From contig CBDBMJ010000001.1 of the NCBI GenBank assembly GCA_965207455.1, positions 160,001 through 224,000 of the forward strand: a stretch of 64,000 nucleotides of DNA. Reading direction: 5' to 3'. This DNA is from Bdellovibrionota bacterium. Its GTDB lineage: Bacteria; Bdellovibrionota; UBA1018; CAIPTA01; JAALKR01. This document shows, piece after piece, positions 40,494 to 50,260 of this stretch. Position 1 is the first letter of the stretch. Each line of letters begins with the position of its first letter. Under the pieces are notes generated by a model. That model did no database searches. It saw only the letters and a list, made by a program, of their open reading frames with translations, and was not told the DNA's origin. The position numbers and the translations under genes are program-made.

Positions 40494-40564
40494 CGTAAAA
40501 GATTTTCTCGTTTGGAAAGATTGTATAAGCACTAAGAAAATTATAAAAAGATTTAAGTCTTGTG

Positions 40565-41788
40565 TCAAGGATCATATTGATCCTCATAGGTAGATTTTTG
40601 AGAAGAACTGGGACTGCGTTCGATGGGATTTTCTTGTAGAATCTCGGTTACTTGAAGGGATGAGCCCAGAAGCCTAGTAGAGCGCTCCAGTTCCTTTACC
40701 AGTACATCTGTATAACGGGTCTGTTCCAAGGATCCATTTTCATTTACATGGAAGCGTTCTCCGAGTAATTCGCCGAAGGTACCCCTCAGGCCCACACGGT
40801 ATCCTGCATCATTTCTTTGGATGGGTTCCAGCTTTATATTTGTGGCGTTTTTTATTTTTTCTTGGAACGGAAAACCAGCAACAAGCTCCAGGTCTTTCCA
40901 GTGCTGTGTATAGTATCCATGTATTGTATAAAAGATACGTTGAGCAAAGTATACTTTTGTTAGGAAGGAAAATATTTCCCCTTTAGACAGGGTTGTTTTT
41001 TTTGTTGCCTTCATTGTATTTCTTTTTATTTTCAGCGTAGTTTTTATTTGCTGGTGAACTTGTGAAAATATGGATTCTGATTCCTCTTCTTGGCTTACGG
41101 TAAATACACGATGCTCTCCTTTTACAGGATTTCGCAAGCCGATGGCAGACCACTTGGCATATCCCTTTACGGAGTGTTCTTCTATTCGCCAGTAGGATTG
41201 GGAGAGTCCCCGTTTTTGTTTTATTTCTAGGGCGTGAAGGCGGAGAGTGCGATCGACGTCGCTCAAAAGGTATCGTTTGCTAAGAGGAGGAATGGGAAAA
41301 TTAGCGCTCAGTACATAATCTCCATCGATAGTTATATGGTCTTTTTGTACTCCAAATAAATCTCCCACATGGGATTCGCTGCGAGCCATGATCAAGAGAT
41401 GGTTATTGCTGGCCTTGAGCACTGCAATTTCATATACTTGGTTTATATCTGAGAGGCTTCCGGTGGAGAGTTTATCGGGGAGGATGAGGTTGTTTAAGTT
41501 ATGGGTATAGCGACCAAAGGTTTCCCGGTAGTGGTGTTGACGTTGTACATAGCGGTCTAGGGCTTCCAGTAAAGTTTTTCGGTAGCTAAGGGCTTTTGGA
41601 GATTCAGTGTTCGGTATGTTTTGGTAGTGATTGAGCTTATCGGGTAGGTAGAGGGTTGCAAAGAGGAGTAGTGTGGAAAGCAGGGCTAGGTAGAGAGCGC
41701 TGGATCGCCATTCCTTTTCAGGGAGTCGTTCTAGGAACTTTGCCTGTTCTCCCGTTCTTCTTTCCTTTTGGGCCTTCCACTTCATCAT
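40565..41788 (-). CDS. Membrane-anchored protein with two pilin-globular-like repeats
   Basis: N-terminal TM; two Y..Q..Y....G.YT....L segments. Confidence 0.5.
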   Translation of the reverse strand: MMKWKAQKERRTGEQAKFLERLPEKEWRSSALYLALLSTLLLFATLYLPDKLNHYQNIPNTESPKALSYRKTLLEALDRYVQRQHHYRETFGRYTHNLNNLILPDKLSTGSLSDINQVYEIAVLKASNNHLLIMARSESHVGDLFGVQKDHITIDGDYVLSANFPIPPLSKRYLLSDVDRTLRLHALEIKQKRGLSQSYWRIEEHSVKGYAKWSAIGLRNPVKGEHRVFTVSQEEESESIFSQVHQQIKTTLKIKRNTMKATKKTTLSKGEIFSFLTKVYFAQRIFYTIHGYYTQHWKDLELVAGFPFQEKIKNATNIKLEPIQRNDAGYRVGLRGTFGELLGERFHVNENGSLEQTRYTDVLVKELERSTRLLGSSLQVTEILQENPIERSPSSSQKSTYEDQYDP

Positions 41789-41797
41789 AGAATACTA

Positions 41798-41966
41798 TGC
41801 AAGAAGCATACCTAAAATTTAACTTTGTTAATAAAAATTAATTTTAGGCATAACCATTTGATTTCATTTGATTTTTATGGCAATCCCCAAGAGAAAAAAA
41901 CTTTTTTCCTCCATCCCAAGGGGCAAAAAACTGTGGAAAAATTAGACAGTGTCTAAAGTTTTTACA
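41798..41966 (-). promoter_or_regulatory. sigma54 promoter, IHF site and tandem enhancer
   Basis: TAGGTATGCTTCTTGCA (41798-41814); AATCAAATGGTTA matches the IHF consensus (41851-41863); TGT-N11-ACA twice (41932-41948, 41950-41966). Confidence 0.7.
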
Positions 41967-41978
41967 GAAAGCAGCTTT

Positions 41979-42251
41979 TTAGCCCGGCCAACAAGGACAG
42001 GATACATTTAGGTCTGCACAGTTTAATGCTTGGTATAGAGTTACCATCCTTAGCTTCGCAGTAGAAAGCTCATCCAAACAAATTACTTTATTGGTTGATT
42101 TCTCCTGCAATTCAAGATTACAGGTTTCCTCTTTTGTTGTGGGGTCAGGATCAGCGGCTAAAGCACTGCTAGCTGCCATCATTGTTCCCCCCACAACTAG
42201 AACGTTGAACATCTTTGAAACATTCGATTTTACATTTGATCTTTTATTCAT
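41979..42251 (-). CDS. Exported Cys-rich peptide A2 (candidate RiPP precursor), C-terminus SCPCWPG
   Basis: AAGGAG RBS; signal ending ALA; five Cys; paralog of 43136-43408. Confidence 0.75.
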   Translation of the reverse strand: MNKRSNVKSNVSKMFNVLVVGGTMMAASSALAADPDPTTKEETCNLELQEKSTNKVICLDELSTAKLRMVTLYQALNCADLNVSCPCWPG

Positions 42252-42416
42252 CTTTTTCTCCTTTTTTATTTATACTATTTCCATATCATTTCATATATTA
42301 TATTCTTCGGACATTTCATGGAATAAGTATAATGTTTTATTTTTATGATTGTGAAAAGAAATATTTATGTCTCCATACTGTGGGTGTTGGCGTGTCAAGC
42401 CAAGATGTAAGTTTAG

Positions 42417-43133
42417 CTACGAGAGGTGAGATGATATCCACTCCTTGCCAGTAGAGGTATGAATTCCGAATTTTTCAAATCCAGGAAGAACCACTGTGGA
42501 AAGAGTCTCTTTGAATTGCTCCATTCTAAAGCGGGGGTGGAGAACACCATCACAAACAATTGAATCGTTAATCTCGTCGTGCACAAAAGGTAAAAATAAT
42601 TCATCGTTTGAAGAAATACTAAGCATTTCGGGTAAATATTTAGAGATATAGCTGCAATCATTTTTACTTGTTTCATTAGCGAGAAATGCCCAGCCTATTT
42701 TACCGTGCAGGACCTCATCCTGTAAGATTTCATGAATAATTTTCCCGGTAGCCGTGTGCTTTGAAGAAGAATAAATTGTATTCAGTAGGCTAGCATTCAT
42801 TGTTTCTGTTATACAACAAGTTAGAATCACATCAATTACTAGGTTCTCCCTATCTGTTCGCTCCAATTTCCAAGGTTCCTTTAGAGGAGAAAGTTTTTTC
42901 TGGGTTAATTCATAGCCTGTGGGATGACCAAAACTTTTTGCAAGATCGGCACACATTACAGAATGCCTCTTTTCGTCCTCTCTTGCTTTATTCACCAGCG
43001 CAATGATGTTTTTTTCAATACCATGCTGGGAAAGTCTTTCTCCTAGTTTTTGAAATCGCTGTTCGGCTCCAAGCTCTGCCTGAGCCCTCTTGGCCCAGGT
43101 TGAAGCAAGTAATTTTTTAGTAGATTGGTTCAT
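42417..43133 (-). CDS. Ferritin-like di-iron carboxylate protein
   Basis: E(AQAE)..EDEKRH..E(CITE)..QDEVLH ligand pattern; ATG 2 nt after the peptide A1 stop. Confidence 0.8.
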   Translation of the reverse strand: MNQSTKKLLASTWAKRAQAELGAEQRFQKLGERLSQHGIEKNIIALVNKAREDEKRHSVMCADLAKSFGHPTGYELTQKKLSPLKEPWKLERTDRENLVIDVILTCCITETMNASLLNTIYSSSKHTATGKIIHEILQDEVLHGKIGWAFLANETSKNDCSYISKYLPEMLSISSNDELFLPFVHDEINDSIVCDGVLHPRFRMEQFKETLSTVVLPGFEKFGIHTSTGKEWISSHLS

Positions 43134-43135
43134 CC

Positions 43136-43408
43136 CTAACCCAGCCAACAACCACAGAATAGGCTACGGCAGTTTAAAGCCTGATCTATGGTCAAGCGCT
43201 TTAGTTCAAAGTCTTTAAGATGGTCTAAACAAAGTACCTTGTTTGTTGATTTTTCCTGCAATTCAAGATTACAGGTTTCTTCGTTTGTTGTGGGATTGGC
43301 AGTAGATTCAGCGGCCAAAGCACTACTGGCTGCCATCATTGTTCCTCCCACAACTAAAACGTTAAACATCTTTGAAACGTTTGACTTTACATTTGATTTT
43401 TTATTCAT
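43136..43408 (-). CDS. Exported Cys-rich peptide A1 (candidate RiPP precursor), C-terminus FCGCWLG
   Basis: AAGGAG RBS; signal peptide; five Cys. Confidence 0.75.
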   Translation of the reverse strand: MNKKSNVKSNVSKMFNVLVVGGTMMAASSALAAESTANPTTNEETCNLELQEKSTNKVLCLDHLKDFELKRLTIDQALNCRSLFCGCWLG

Positions 43409-43500
43409 TTCCTTCTCCTTCCATGTATTTTATATTTTGCACATTATTTTGAAATAAGTATAATGATTTATTTCCATGGCTGTGAGAAGAATTATTTATG

Positions 43501-44553
43501 TCACTGTGATGACTGGCATTCTTTTCTTGTTAACCTTGTGCCACCAGAAAGCCTACCACTAACTATGATGGGTTCTTTGTGGCACCTGGAAAAAACCCTT
43601 ACATCAGAAGAGATCTTCGCATTACGAACTTCCACAAAACCGTTAATAGAGGTATCCCGGGTATAACTGTTACCGCCAGAAATTTCCACATTGTCAAAAA
43701 TAGATACAGTGGGGACTAGAGGAAAACGACCAGCACTTGAAACCCACGATATGCCAGAGATCTTTATATTATTGCCGTCAATATTTGCTACAGTAATGTC
43801 CGCATTACCAGAAATTTCCGCATTACCAGAGATGAATGACCTTTGCCAAACCCTCGCATCGCCAAATATCTTCGCATTACCTCGGATATTTGATGCGTCG
43901 ACGTATGCGTTGCCACCAACCCATGCATTGTCCCTGAGAGAGGTACGATGATCGAAGGTGCCGCCACCGACTACTGCAGTACCACAAACCGCAGCTGATT
44001 TCCCCACATACGCCTTGGCATCAACCCTAGCTGTGGTTGCTACTTCACCGCCACCATTGGGGTGGGGTTTTGTTTCCACGCCGGGACCACAGCCATTGTG
44101 CTTGACCATCGTGACTCTTTCTCCCTGCTCCTCATCTTGTAGAACAATATATATGCTTTCAATTCGTAACTTTTTATCTTCTATCTTCAATTCCCAACCT
44201 TCGAGGTGATCACGGGAGCGGTCGTTATACATCAGGGTTGAATATACTGATGGTGTGCCTATGGTTTTTCTATCCGAGATTTCGCCACCAACCAAAAGCT
44301 TCAAACCGGCATTGGGGCTGGATGAGGGCACGGTGACGAGTAGTTGCCTTAATTTTTTTTTGTGGATCTTTGGACACTCCGAATTGCTTTTGATCTGGGC
44401 ACTCAAGTCAATCACATCACCTGGTTCAAAAGATTTTTGAATATCGATTGCGCAGCCCGTTTGATGTGAAGCAGGAGTTGCTGTTGGTAACAGTCCTGCG
44501 ATTATTATTGCCCCAAGGGCATATTGTTTTGTTCTTGATACTTTCTTTTTCAT
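43501..44553 (-). CDS. Secreted protein with left-handed beta-helix (hexapeptide) repeats
   Basis: HPNGGGEVATTARV..AYVG; repeated GNA.I/V; signal peptide. Confidence 0.7.
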   Translation of the reverse strand: MKKKVSRTKQYALGAIIIAGLLPTATPASHQTGCAIDIQKSFEPGDVIDLSAQIKSNSECPKIHKKKLRQLLVTVPSSSPNAGLKLLVGGEISDRKTIGTPSVYSTLMYNDRSRDHLEGWELKIEDKKLRIESIYIVLQDEEQGERVTMVKHNGCGPGVETKPHPNGGGEVATTARVDAKAYVGKSAAVCGTAVVGGGTFDHRTSLRDNAWVGGNAYVDASNIRGNAKIFGDARVWQRSFISGNAEISGNADITVANIDGNNIKISGISWVSSAGRFPLVPTVSIFDNVEISGGNSYTRDTSINGFVEVRNAKISSDVRVFSRCHKEPIIVSGRLSGGTRLTRKECQSSQ

Positions 44554-44728
44554 AATTTTCTCCTTTTTAGTTGGTTTGTTTTTTTATACTCTGTCCTAGA
44601 ATACTTATCGCACCCTAGGTTGTAAAATTCGACTATTTATATTGATTCAAATGAAGCAATTTGATGCAATTAGGGAAGGCTGTTGAGCCTTTCCTTCACA
44701 GGAAAACAGGAGTATATTGGGCCTACTT

Positions 44729-46843
44729 ATGAGAAAGTGGCTGTATAATTTCTTTGTATTTGTGAGCGCCTTTTTAATTGGATCTTTTTTTTACGCCTTC
44801 ATACGTACCACATTTGTTTATTCCTTTTCCAACCTTTCCATTCTTCAAGAAAAGATTCCCGACGTATGGAAGACCTATGGCGTGGGTTTTTTATGGGATA
44901 TAAGGATTTTTTCCATTCTGGCTGCCATTCCCTTTCTCCTTTCCCTGTGTGTCCTGTTCTATGAAGCGCTTTCCTCTGGGGCATCAGTACTGAGAAAATT
45001 TTATAAGAACTTTTTTTACCCATGGATGGTGCTTGCCTATGGACTCAATTTCTCGATAGGCATGATGAATTACTATTATTACCAAAACTATGGAACCTAT
45101 TTTGATGTTTTTTTATTTTCCTTTAAAGATGCGGGAACAGAAAATTCAAAAGCAATTCTTTCTTTTATCTGGAACCACTTTCCTATTTTTCAAACTATTA
45201 TTATCGTATTGATCCTTACTTTTTCCGCTGCCTTTCTCTTAAAAAAAGTACTCGCTTATTTTCACAAAAAAATAAAAAAAGATGGGGAAATGGAAAAAAA
45301 ACCAATGGTGTGGAAAAGTTGGTCCGCAGTATCATTAGTGGCCACAGCTCTTATTTTTTTATGTGTGAATATTATGGCCTATATTCCATTCGTTCGAGGG
45401 TCTGTTTCCCGGTTTCCCTTGAGAAGAATGGGGAGCATTGTATCCGACTATGCTCCTTTAAACTATGCTGTGCCACAAGCCACCATAGCCCTGTACTGGG
45501 CAGTTAAGGATTATATGAAATCCAATGTGATTTCCCCCATACCGAAAGAGAAGCTAGAGGAAATTTCCCAGTATTTTGTGTGTGACAAGGCTAAGAAAGG
45601 TTTTACAGAAACGTTTATTCAGAAAACCCCAGAAGATAAATTTTTAGACCGTGAACCACCTCAAGTAGTCTTTGGGCTCATTGAAAGCCTTAGTAGTCAT
45701 TTAATGAACTTCGACCAACCTCAAAAAAATGATATGCTAGGAGCATTTCGAAAGCATAAGGAAAATAATTTTTTTTGGAAAAGGTTCCTGCCCTATTCCA
45801 ATGGAACCTATCCCAGCCTCCATCGACTACTGTATTCCAGCAATTACACTTATTTCAATATATCTACCCACAGAAATAAAAGTTTTTACACATCTATTGC
45901 AAGACCGTATAAAGAAAAAGGCTATAAAACCTATTTTATTACTTCTGCATATTATGGATGGGAAAGGTTGAATTTTGTTTTACCACAACAGTACTTTGAT
46001 GAAGTAATAGGAGCGGAAAAAATAATAAAAAAATATACATCAGGGGAACTGCATGATTGGGGCGTTCCCGATGAATATTCTTATAGGTATATTGAGGACG
46101 AAATCCTTTCTCCTGCTAAAAAAAATAATGAAAAAGTTTTTGTTTTTTTACTTACTATCTCCTCCCATGCACCCTTTGATGTGTCTTCTCAATATGTGCC
46201 TAAACCAGTGGAGGCTGTGCCTGAAATGGAAGGAATCCTCGATCACCATAAGGAAAGCTACAAGAATAAAATTTTAATTTCCTCTCAATATTCGTTAAAC
46301 CTAATGGGTCTGTTTCTGGATAGTGTAAAAGAAAAATATAAAAATGTAATCGTCTCCTTCACGGGAGATCACAACCTTAGAGCCCTCGCCTATAAAAAAA
46401 CTTCTTGGGAGGTGCTCAAGCGTTCTGTGCCGTTTTTTATTTACTTACCTCCTAAATACAAACAATACTTTGAAAAGAAATCATCATGGCAATACAATAA
46501 AGAAGAGATTGGATCCCATAGGGATGTTTTTCCCACGTTATATAATATAAGCCTCTCCAATTCTTCGTACTTTTCCCTAGGCAAAAACATGCTCTCCATA
46601 AACAAGGGCCCCCTTTGCCATTTTGCCTATAACGAAAAGCTAATACTCCTAGAGGAAGGAGCCATTGTACGGATGGGGGCAGACTCCAGAATTTTTCCTT
46701 GGAAAAATGCCCAAAGCCTTGAGATCCAAACCCAGTCAAAAATGTATACAGGGAAAAATTGGTTTCGTATGAGAGAACTTCTCGACGCGATTACCAGATG
46801 GCAATTATTTTCTAAAGAATCTATACACAATAGTAATCAGTAG
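44729..46843 (+). CDS. LTA synthase / sulfatase-family membrane protein
   Basis: Multiple N-terminal TMs; IESL, catalytic Thr (NGTY), TISSHAPF, TGDH, H.D.FPT. Confidence 0.85.
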   Translation: MRKWLYNFFVFVSAFLIGSFFYAFIRTTFVYSFSNLSILQEKIPDVWKTYGVGFLWDIRIFSILAAIPFLLSLCVLFYEALSSGASVLRKFYKNFFYPWMVLAYGLNFSIGMMNYYYYQNYGTYFDVFLFSFKDAGTENSKAILSFIWNHFPIFQTIIIVLILTFSAAFLLKKVLAYFHKKIKKDGEMEKKPMVWKSWSAVSLVATALIFLCVNIMAYIPFVRGSVSRFPLRRMGSIVSDYAPLNYAVPQATIALYWAVKDYMKSNVISPIPKEKLEEISQYFVCDKAKKGFTETFIQKTPEDKFLDREPPQVVFGLIESLSSHLMNFDQPQKNDMLGAFRKHKENNFFWKRFLPYSNGTYPSLHRLLYSSNYTYFNISTHRNKSFYTSIARPYKEKGYKTYFITSAYYGWERLNFVLPQQYFDEVIGAEKIIKKYTSGELHDWGVPDEYSYRYIEDEILSPAKKNNEKVFVFLLTISSHAPFDVSSQYVPKPVEAVPEMEGILDHHKESYKNKILISSQYSLNLMGLFLDSVKEKYKNVIVSFTGDHNLRALAYKKTSWEVLKRSVPFFIYLPPKYKQYFEKKSSWQYNKEEIGSHRDVFPTLYNISLSNSSYFSLGKNMLSINKGPLCHFAYNEKLILLEEGAIVRMGADSRIFPWKNAQSLEIQTQSKMYTGKNWFRMRELLDAITRWQLFSKESIHNSNQ

Positions 46844-46937
46844 CTCATGATCCGTTACTTTGAGCACAAAAAAGCCCTCTCTATTTCTAAAGAAGGCTTT
46901 ATATATTCAGAAAATTTATGTATTTCAAGATTTTTGA

Positions 46938-48097
46938 CTAGCTACCGTCTTCCTCGTTTATTTTAGGTGCACCTGTTCCAGTGAAATTATTTTTTTGGTC
47001 GTCTGTAGGCTTGCCTCCTTGATTCAAATAGATAGCAGAGCCATCGCCATTATTGTTATTACTATTTATCTGCTGAAGTGCATGAAGAAATCTTGCTGCT
47101 TCTTTAGCCACTAGAGCCTTAAGTGCTTTTTTATCCGCTAGAGCTTTAGCCACTAGAGCCTTAACTGCTTGTTTAGTCGCTAGAGCATCAGCTGCCTTTT
47201 TAGCGTCGGCTGCTTTTTATCCGCTAGAGCTTTAGCTTTAATTGCTTTTATATTCTCATTTCTTCTTTTAGCCAATTCTTCTAGTTTCTTTTCTAAAGTG
47301 ACTTTTTCATTTAATATCTGTATCTTTATTTGAGCTCTAACAATAAGCCACAAAGGAAGCATGCTTTTTCTAGGTATTGGTTCTATACCAGGATTGCTCT
47401 TAATAAATGACATGAATTTAGAATAAACAAGAGGAATTATTTCGTTTTTGAGATTTTTAAAGTCATTGAGTAGAGCTGTTTCCCATTCTTTTTCGCTGTA
47501 TTTCGAAGGTACTAGAGAGCTCTTGATGGAGTCATAATGTTCAGGAATAAATCTTTCGGCAAGAATCTTTATTCCTATTTTAGTCTTTTTTTCCATAGGA
47601 CTTTCTTTTATTGTTTTCTTTATTTCAATAGATCTTTTAACTATTGCATTCCATCTTTTAATTGATACGTTTGAAAATTCTAGTTCTCTTTCAAGCCATA
47701 GCTTCTCTTCTTGTCTTTTCCTATTTAAAGATTTATAAAATAGTGATTGATCTTCAGGTGACATTTCAGATGCTAGACTTTCTCCTTCACGCAATATTTT
47801 AATTTTTACTTGACGATATACTTCATCTTTTTGAGGCTCAGTCTGTAAATTAGCGTTATGAGTAATTGTATATGAAATGCGGTCTATGATATAGCCAATG
47901 TCTGTAGCTAGCATGCGTTCCCAAATATTCCTCTCGTCCCAAATTCTTATTTCTCTCCAAACGGAATCATAATGTTGAGAAACTGCCTCTTCGACACGTT
48001 CCTCTAAGTCCGTTTGAGATTCCGAGTATCCAGTTGTTGGCAAAGCTATGGCAAGTGCCAGTGCTAGGGTTATTAGTATATTTTTTTGTGTTTTCAT
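46938..48097 (-). pseudogene. Secreted helical orphan protein split by a -1 frameshift in an A-run (ORFs 47180-48097 and 46938-47153)
   Basis: T5 at 47214-47218 versus T6 in the repeat copy at 47127-47132; adding one base fuses both ORFs through Ala/Lys repeats. Confidence 0.75.
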
Positions 48098-48147
48098 TTT
48101 CTTGTCTCCTTTGTTTTATTTATATTTAGTATCTTATAAATTGTTAA

Positions 48148-48318
48148 AGCAAGAGGCGTGCCAGAATAGGCTGAAAAAAGGAGAAATAAAAAAATTCCTT
48201 TGTTTTCAGCTATTTACGATGAATTTTGGGGGTTGTTGTATGGGAAAAGCATAGAAATAAGACATTCGGGTGTTCTCTTAATTAATCAAAAAATAGACAG
48301 TTGTTGAAAGATTTTATA
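48148..48318 (-). promoter_or_regulatory. sigma54 promoter CTGGCACGCCTCTTGCT with IHF-like box and enhancer
   Basis: Consensus -24/-12 at 48148-48164; TTTCAGCTATTTA at 48204-48216; ..TAGACAGTTGTTG.. at 48283-48318. Confidence 0.8.
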
Positions 48319-48340
48319 GTGATGCTGAATGGGTTTTTTG

Positions 48341-49186
48341 CTAAATAGGTAAGGATTTGCTGGGAACGGCCACGTTTCCCCAGTTGTGGTTATAGTCTCT
48401 GTCTAGGGGTGTGGCAAAGCCCCAGTCTTGGTAGATGGGCATGAGGGCATTTAATAGGGCGTAGAAGCTATTTAGGTCTTGGGATAGGGTTTCTTTATCG
48501 GTGTCGTATAAAAATAAATGGGGTAGTTTGTTTACGTCTTTTTCTAAGTGATTTAGGATTTGAAGGCGGCACTCTTTGCCGTCGTCTAAGTCCCTGTATC
48601 GGGATAATAGGCGTTGGGGAATGGAGAACCAAGGAGCTAGGCCCAAGAGAGTGATTCGTGGGTAGACCTCAGTAAAGTTTATGGATGAAAGGTGGCGCTT
48701 TAGGTATTTCATTCTACTGGTCAATGGTGCTCTGGATCCCATGGCTTCCTCGATAAATAAATCAAAAGAAAAATGGGGCTGCACTCTGGATCGTAAATAC
48801 ACATCTCCTGCCCTTTGAGTATAAGGGGTGGGAAACTTTTGTGGTTTCTCTCCCATTCGTTGGGCTTCATTGTGCATCCACTTTACTTCCTCCACCTCGC
48901 AGATTTGAAATCCAGGGCAGTGGCTAAGGGTGCATTCCAAGCAGGGAGGCAGTTGTAGTGGCACATTTACACCAATGGTGTGGGGATTAAGAGTGTGGAT
49001 ATGGTGGAGCAGTACCTCGTCGCTACACTGGGTGGAGGAGGCAAGAATTTTGGGGATAGCCTTGGATAGAAAAATTTTTCCAACAGATTTACTTGTTTTA
49101 AAACATTCTAATAATACAAGGCAAGTGTGTTTGCTTTTGCTTCCGCCTAAATCTAAGCCAAGGAATCGCTTGCCATTGCTAGACAT
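48341..49186 (-). CDS. DUF429-like RNase H-fold protein with Cys cluster
   Basis: FLGLDLGG, IGVNVPL..PPC..C...CPG...C, EVYP. Confidence 0.55.
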   Translation of the reverse strand: MSSNGKRFLGLDLGGSKSKHTCLVLLECFKTSKSVGKIFLSKAIPKILASSTQCSDEVLLHHIHTLNPHTIGVNVPLQLPPCLECTLSHCPGFQICEVEEVKWMHNEAQRMGEKPQKFPTPYTQRAGDVYLRSRVQPHFSFDLFIEEAMGSRAPLTSRMKYLKRHLSSINFTEVYPRITLLGLAPWFSIPQRLLSRYRDLDDGKECRLQILNHLEKDVNKLPHLFLYDTDKETLSQDLNSFYALLNALMPIYQDWGFATPLDRDYNHNWGNVAVPSKSLPI

Positions 49187-49192
49187 GGAAAA

Positions 49193-50209
49193 TTAAATAG
49201 ACTCCACGGATAAACCCTCGGAGTCTATGTGGAAATTAATGACTTCCACTCCATCTCGCTCCTGAAATTTTTGGGAGAGTTTAACCTTGTCCTCTAAACT
49301 GTTTGTCCAGAATAGTAAGCACCCGCCGCCTCCAGCGCCGCAAACCTTTGCAGCTTTTGCGCCATTGGCTTTACCGTAGTCTATGATTCCTTTCATTTCG
49401 TCGGTTATAATAGTAGGGGATAGTTGGTGGTGGTTCTCCATATCTTCTTCAAGATACTTTGGAATACTGTTAAAGCTTTCTGTTTTTAAGGCGTGCTCTA
49501 GGCCAGCGGTTGCTTTGCGAATATTGTCGAAACAAGTCCACACTTTGGGGTCTTTGTCGATATGGGCCTTCGTTACGGTCCAGTTATTAATACCAGAATT
49601 GCGATTCTGCCCCGTATACACCAAAACCATTCGGGATTGCAGGGAGCGGGCCAACTGAGGGGAGTAGCGCATAAGGGAGTCTCCCTTTACGTCCAATACA
49701 ACTGAGTTTAATCCGCCATAAAGGGCAGGGTAATAGTCCTGCACACCGCCGGGAACTTTTAAAACCTGGGTCTCTATGTTCTTTGCAATTACCAATAACT
49801 CTTCACGGGAGTAGCGAGAGTGGGTCAAAACATTGAGGGCACCACAAACAGCAAGGGCAATAGCAGACGAGCCACCTAAGCCAGCACCTGTGGGACTTTT
49901 ACAAGAAGTAGTAATGTTTAAGCCACCCTCTGGACGAAAAAACTCCAATAAACGAAGGAGTATTTCCAAGGGATGATCGGGTTCCACCTCACTGATATAA
50001 TCGATGGAAGTCAAGCGCATGGAAATATCCAAATCTTCGGAACGGAGATCGAGAGCTAAGCCGGGTACTTGCTCCATCCGCACAGTCGCTCGCTGGTTGA
50101 TGGCAATATTAATTGTTTGGGCCGGAAGGTGGAATAGGTATAAGGGCCAAATGTCCATGGTTCCCCCAGCTAAATCAATGCGTGTGGGGGCACTACTTTC
50201 GATAATCAT
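49193..50209 (-). CDS. GHMP-family sugar kinase (HddA-like)
   Basis: APTRIDLAGGT.D, P.GAGLGGSS, GAGGGG. Confidence 0.85.
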   Translation of the reverse strand: MIIESSAPTRIDLAGGTMDIWPLYLFHLPAQTINIAINQRATVRMEQVPGLALDLRSEDLDISMRLTSIDYISEVEPDHPLEILLRLLEFFRPEGGLNITTSCKSPTGAGLGGSSAIALAVCGALNVLTHSRYSREELLVIAKNIETQVLKVPGGVQDYYPALYGGLNSVVLDVKGDSLMRYSPQLARSLQSRMVLVYTGQNRNSGINNWTVTKAHIDKDPKVWTCFDNIRKATAGLEHALKTESFNSIPKYLEEDMENHHQLSPTIITDEMKGIIDYGKANGAKAAKVCGAGGGGCLLFWTNSLEDKVKLSQKFQERDGVEVINFHIDSEGLSVESI

Positions 50210-50260
50210 AATCGTCTCCTTTCAGGGCTAAGGGAATTACCAATAAAGTTTAGATAAACC

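Noticed and set aside
42378..43157. 13/14-nt inverted match (42378-42391 vs 43144-43157) bracketing the ferritin-like gene
   Set aside because: Short enough to arise by chance in a region this size; no target duplication or recombinase link.
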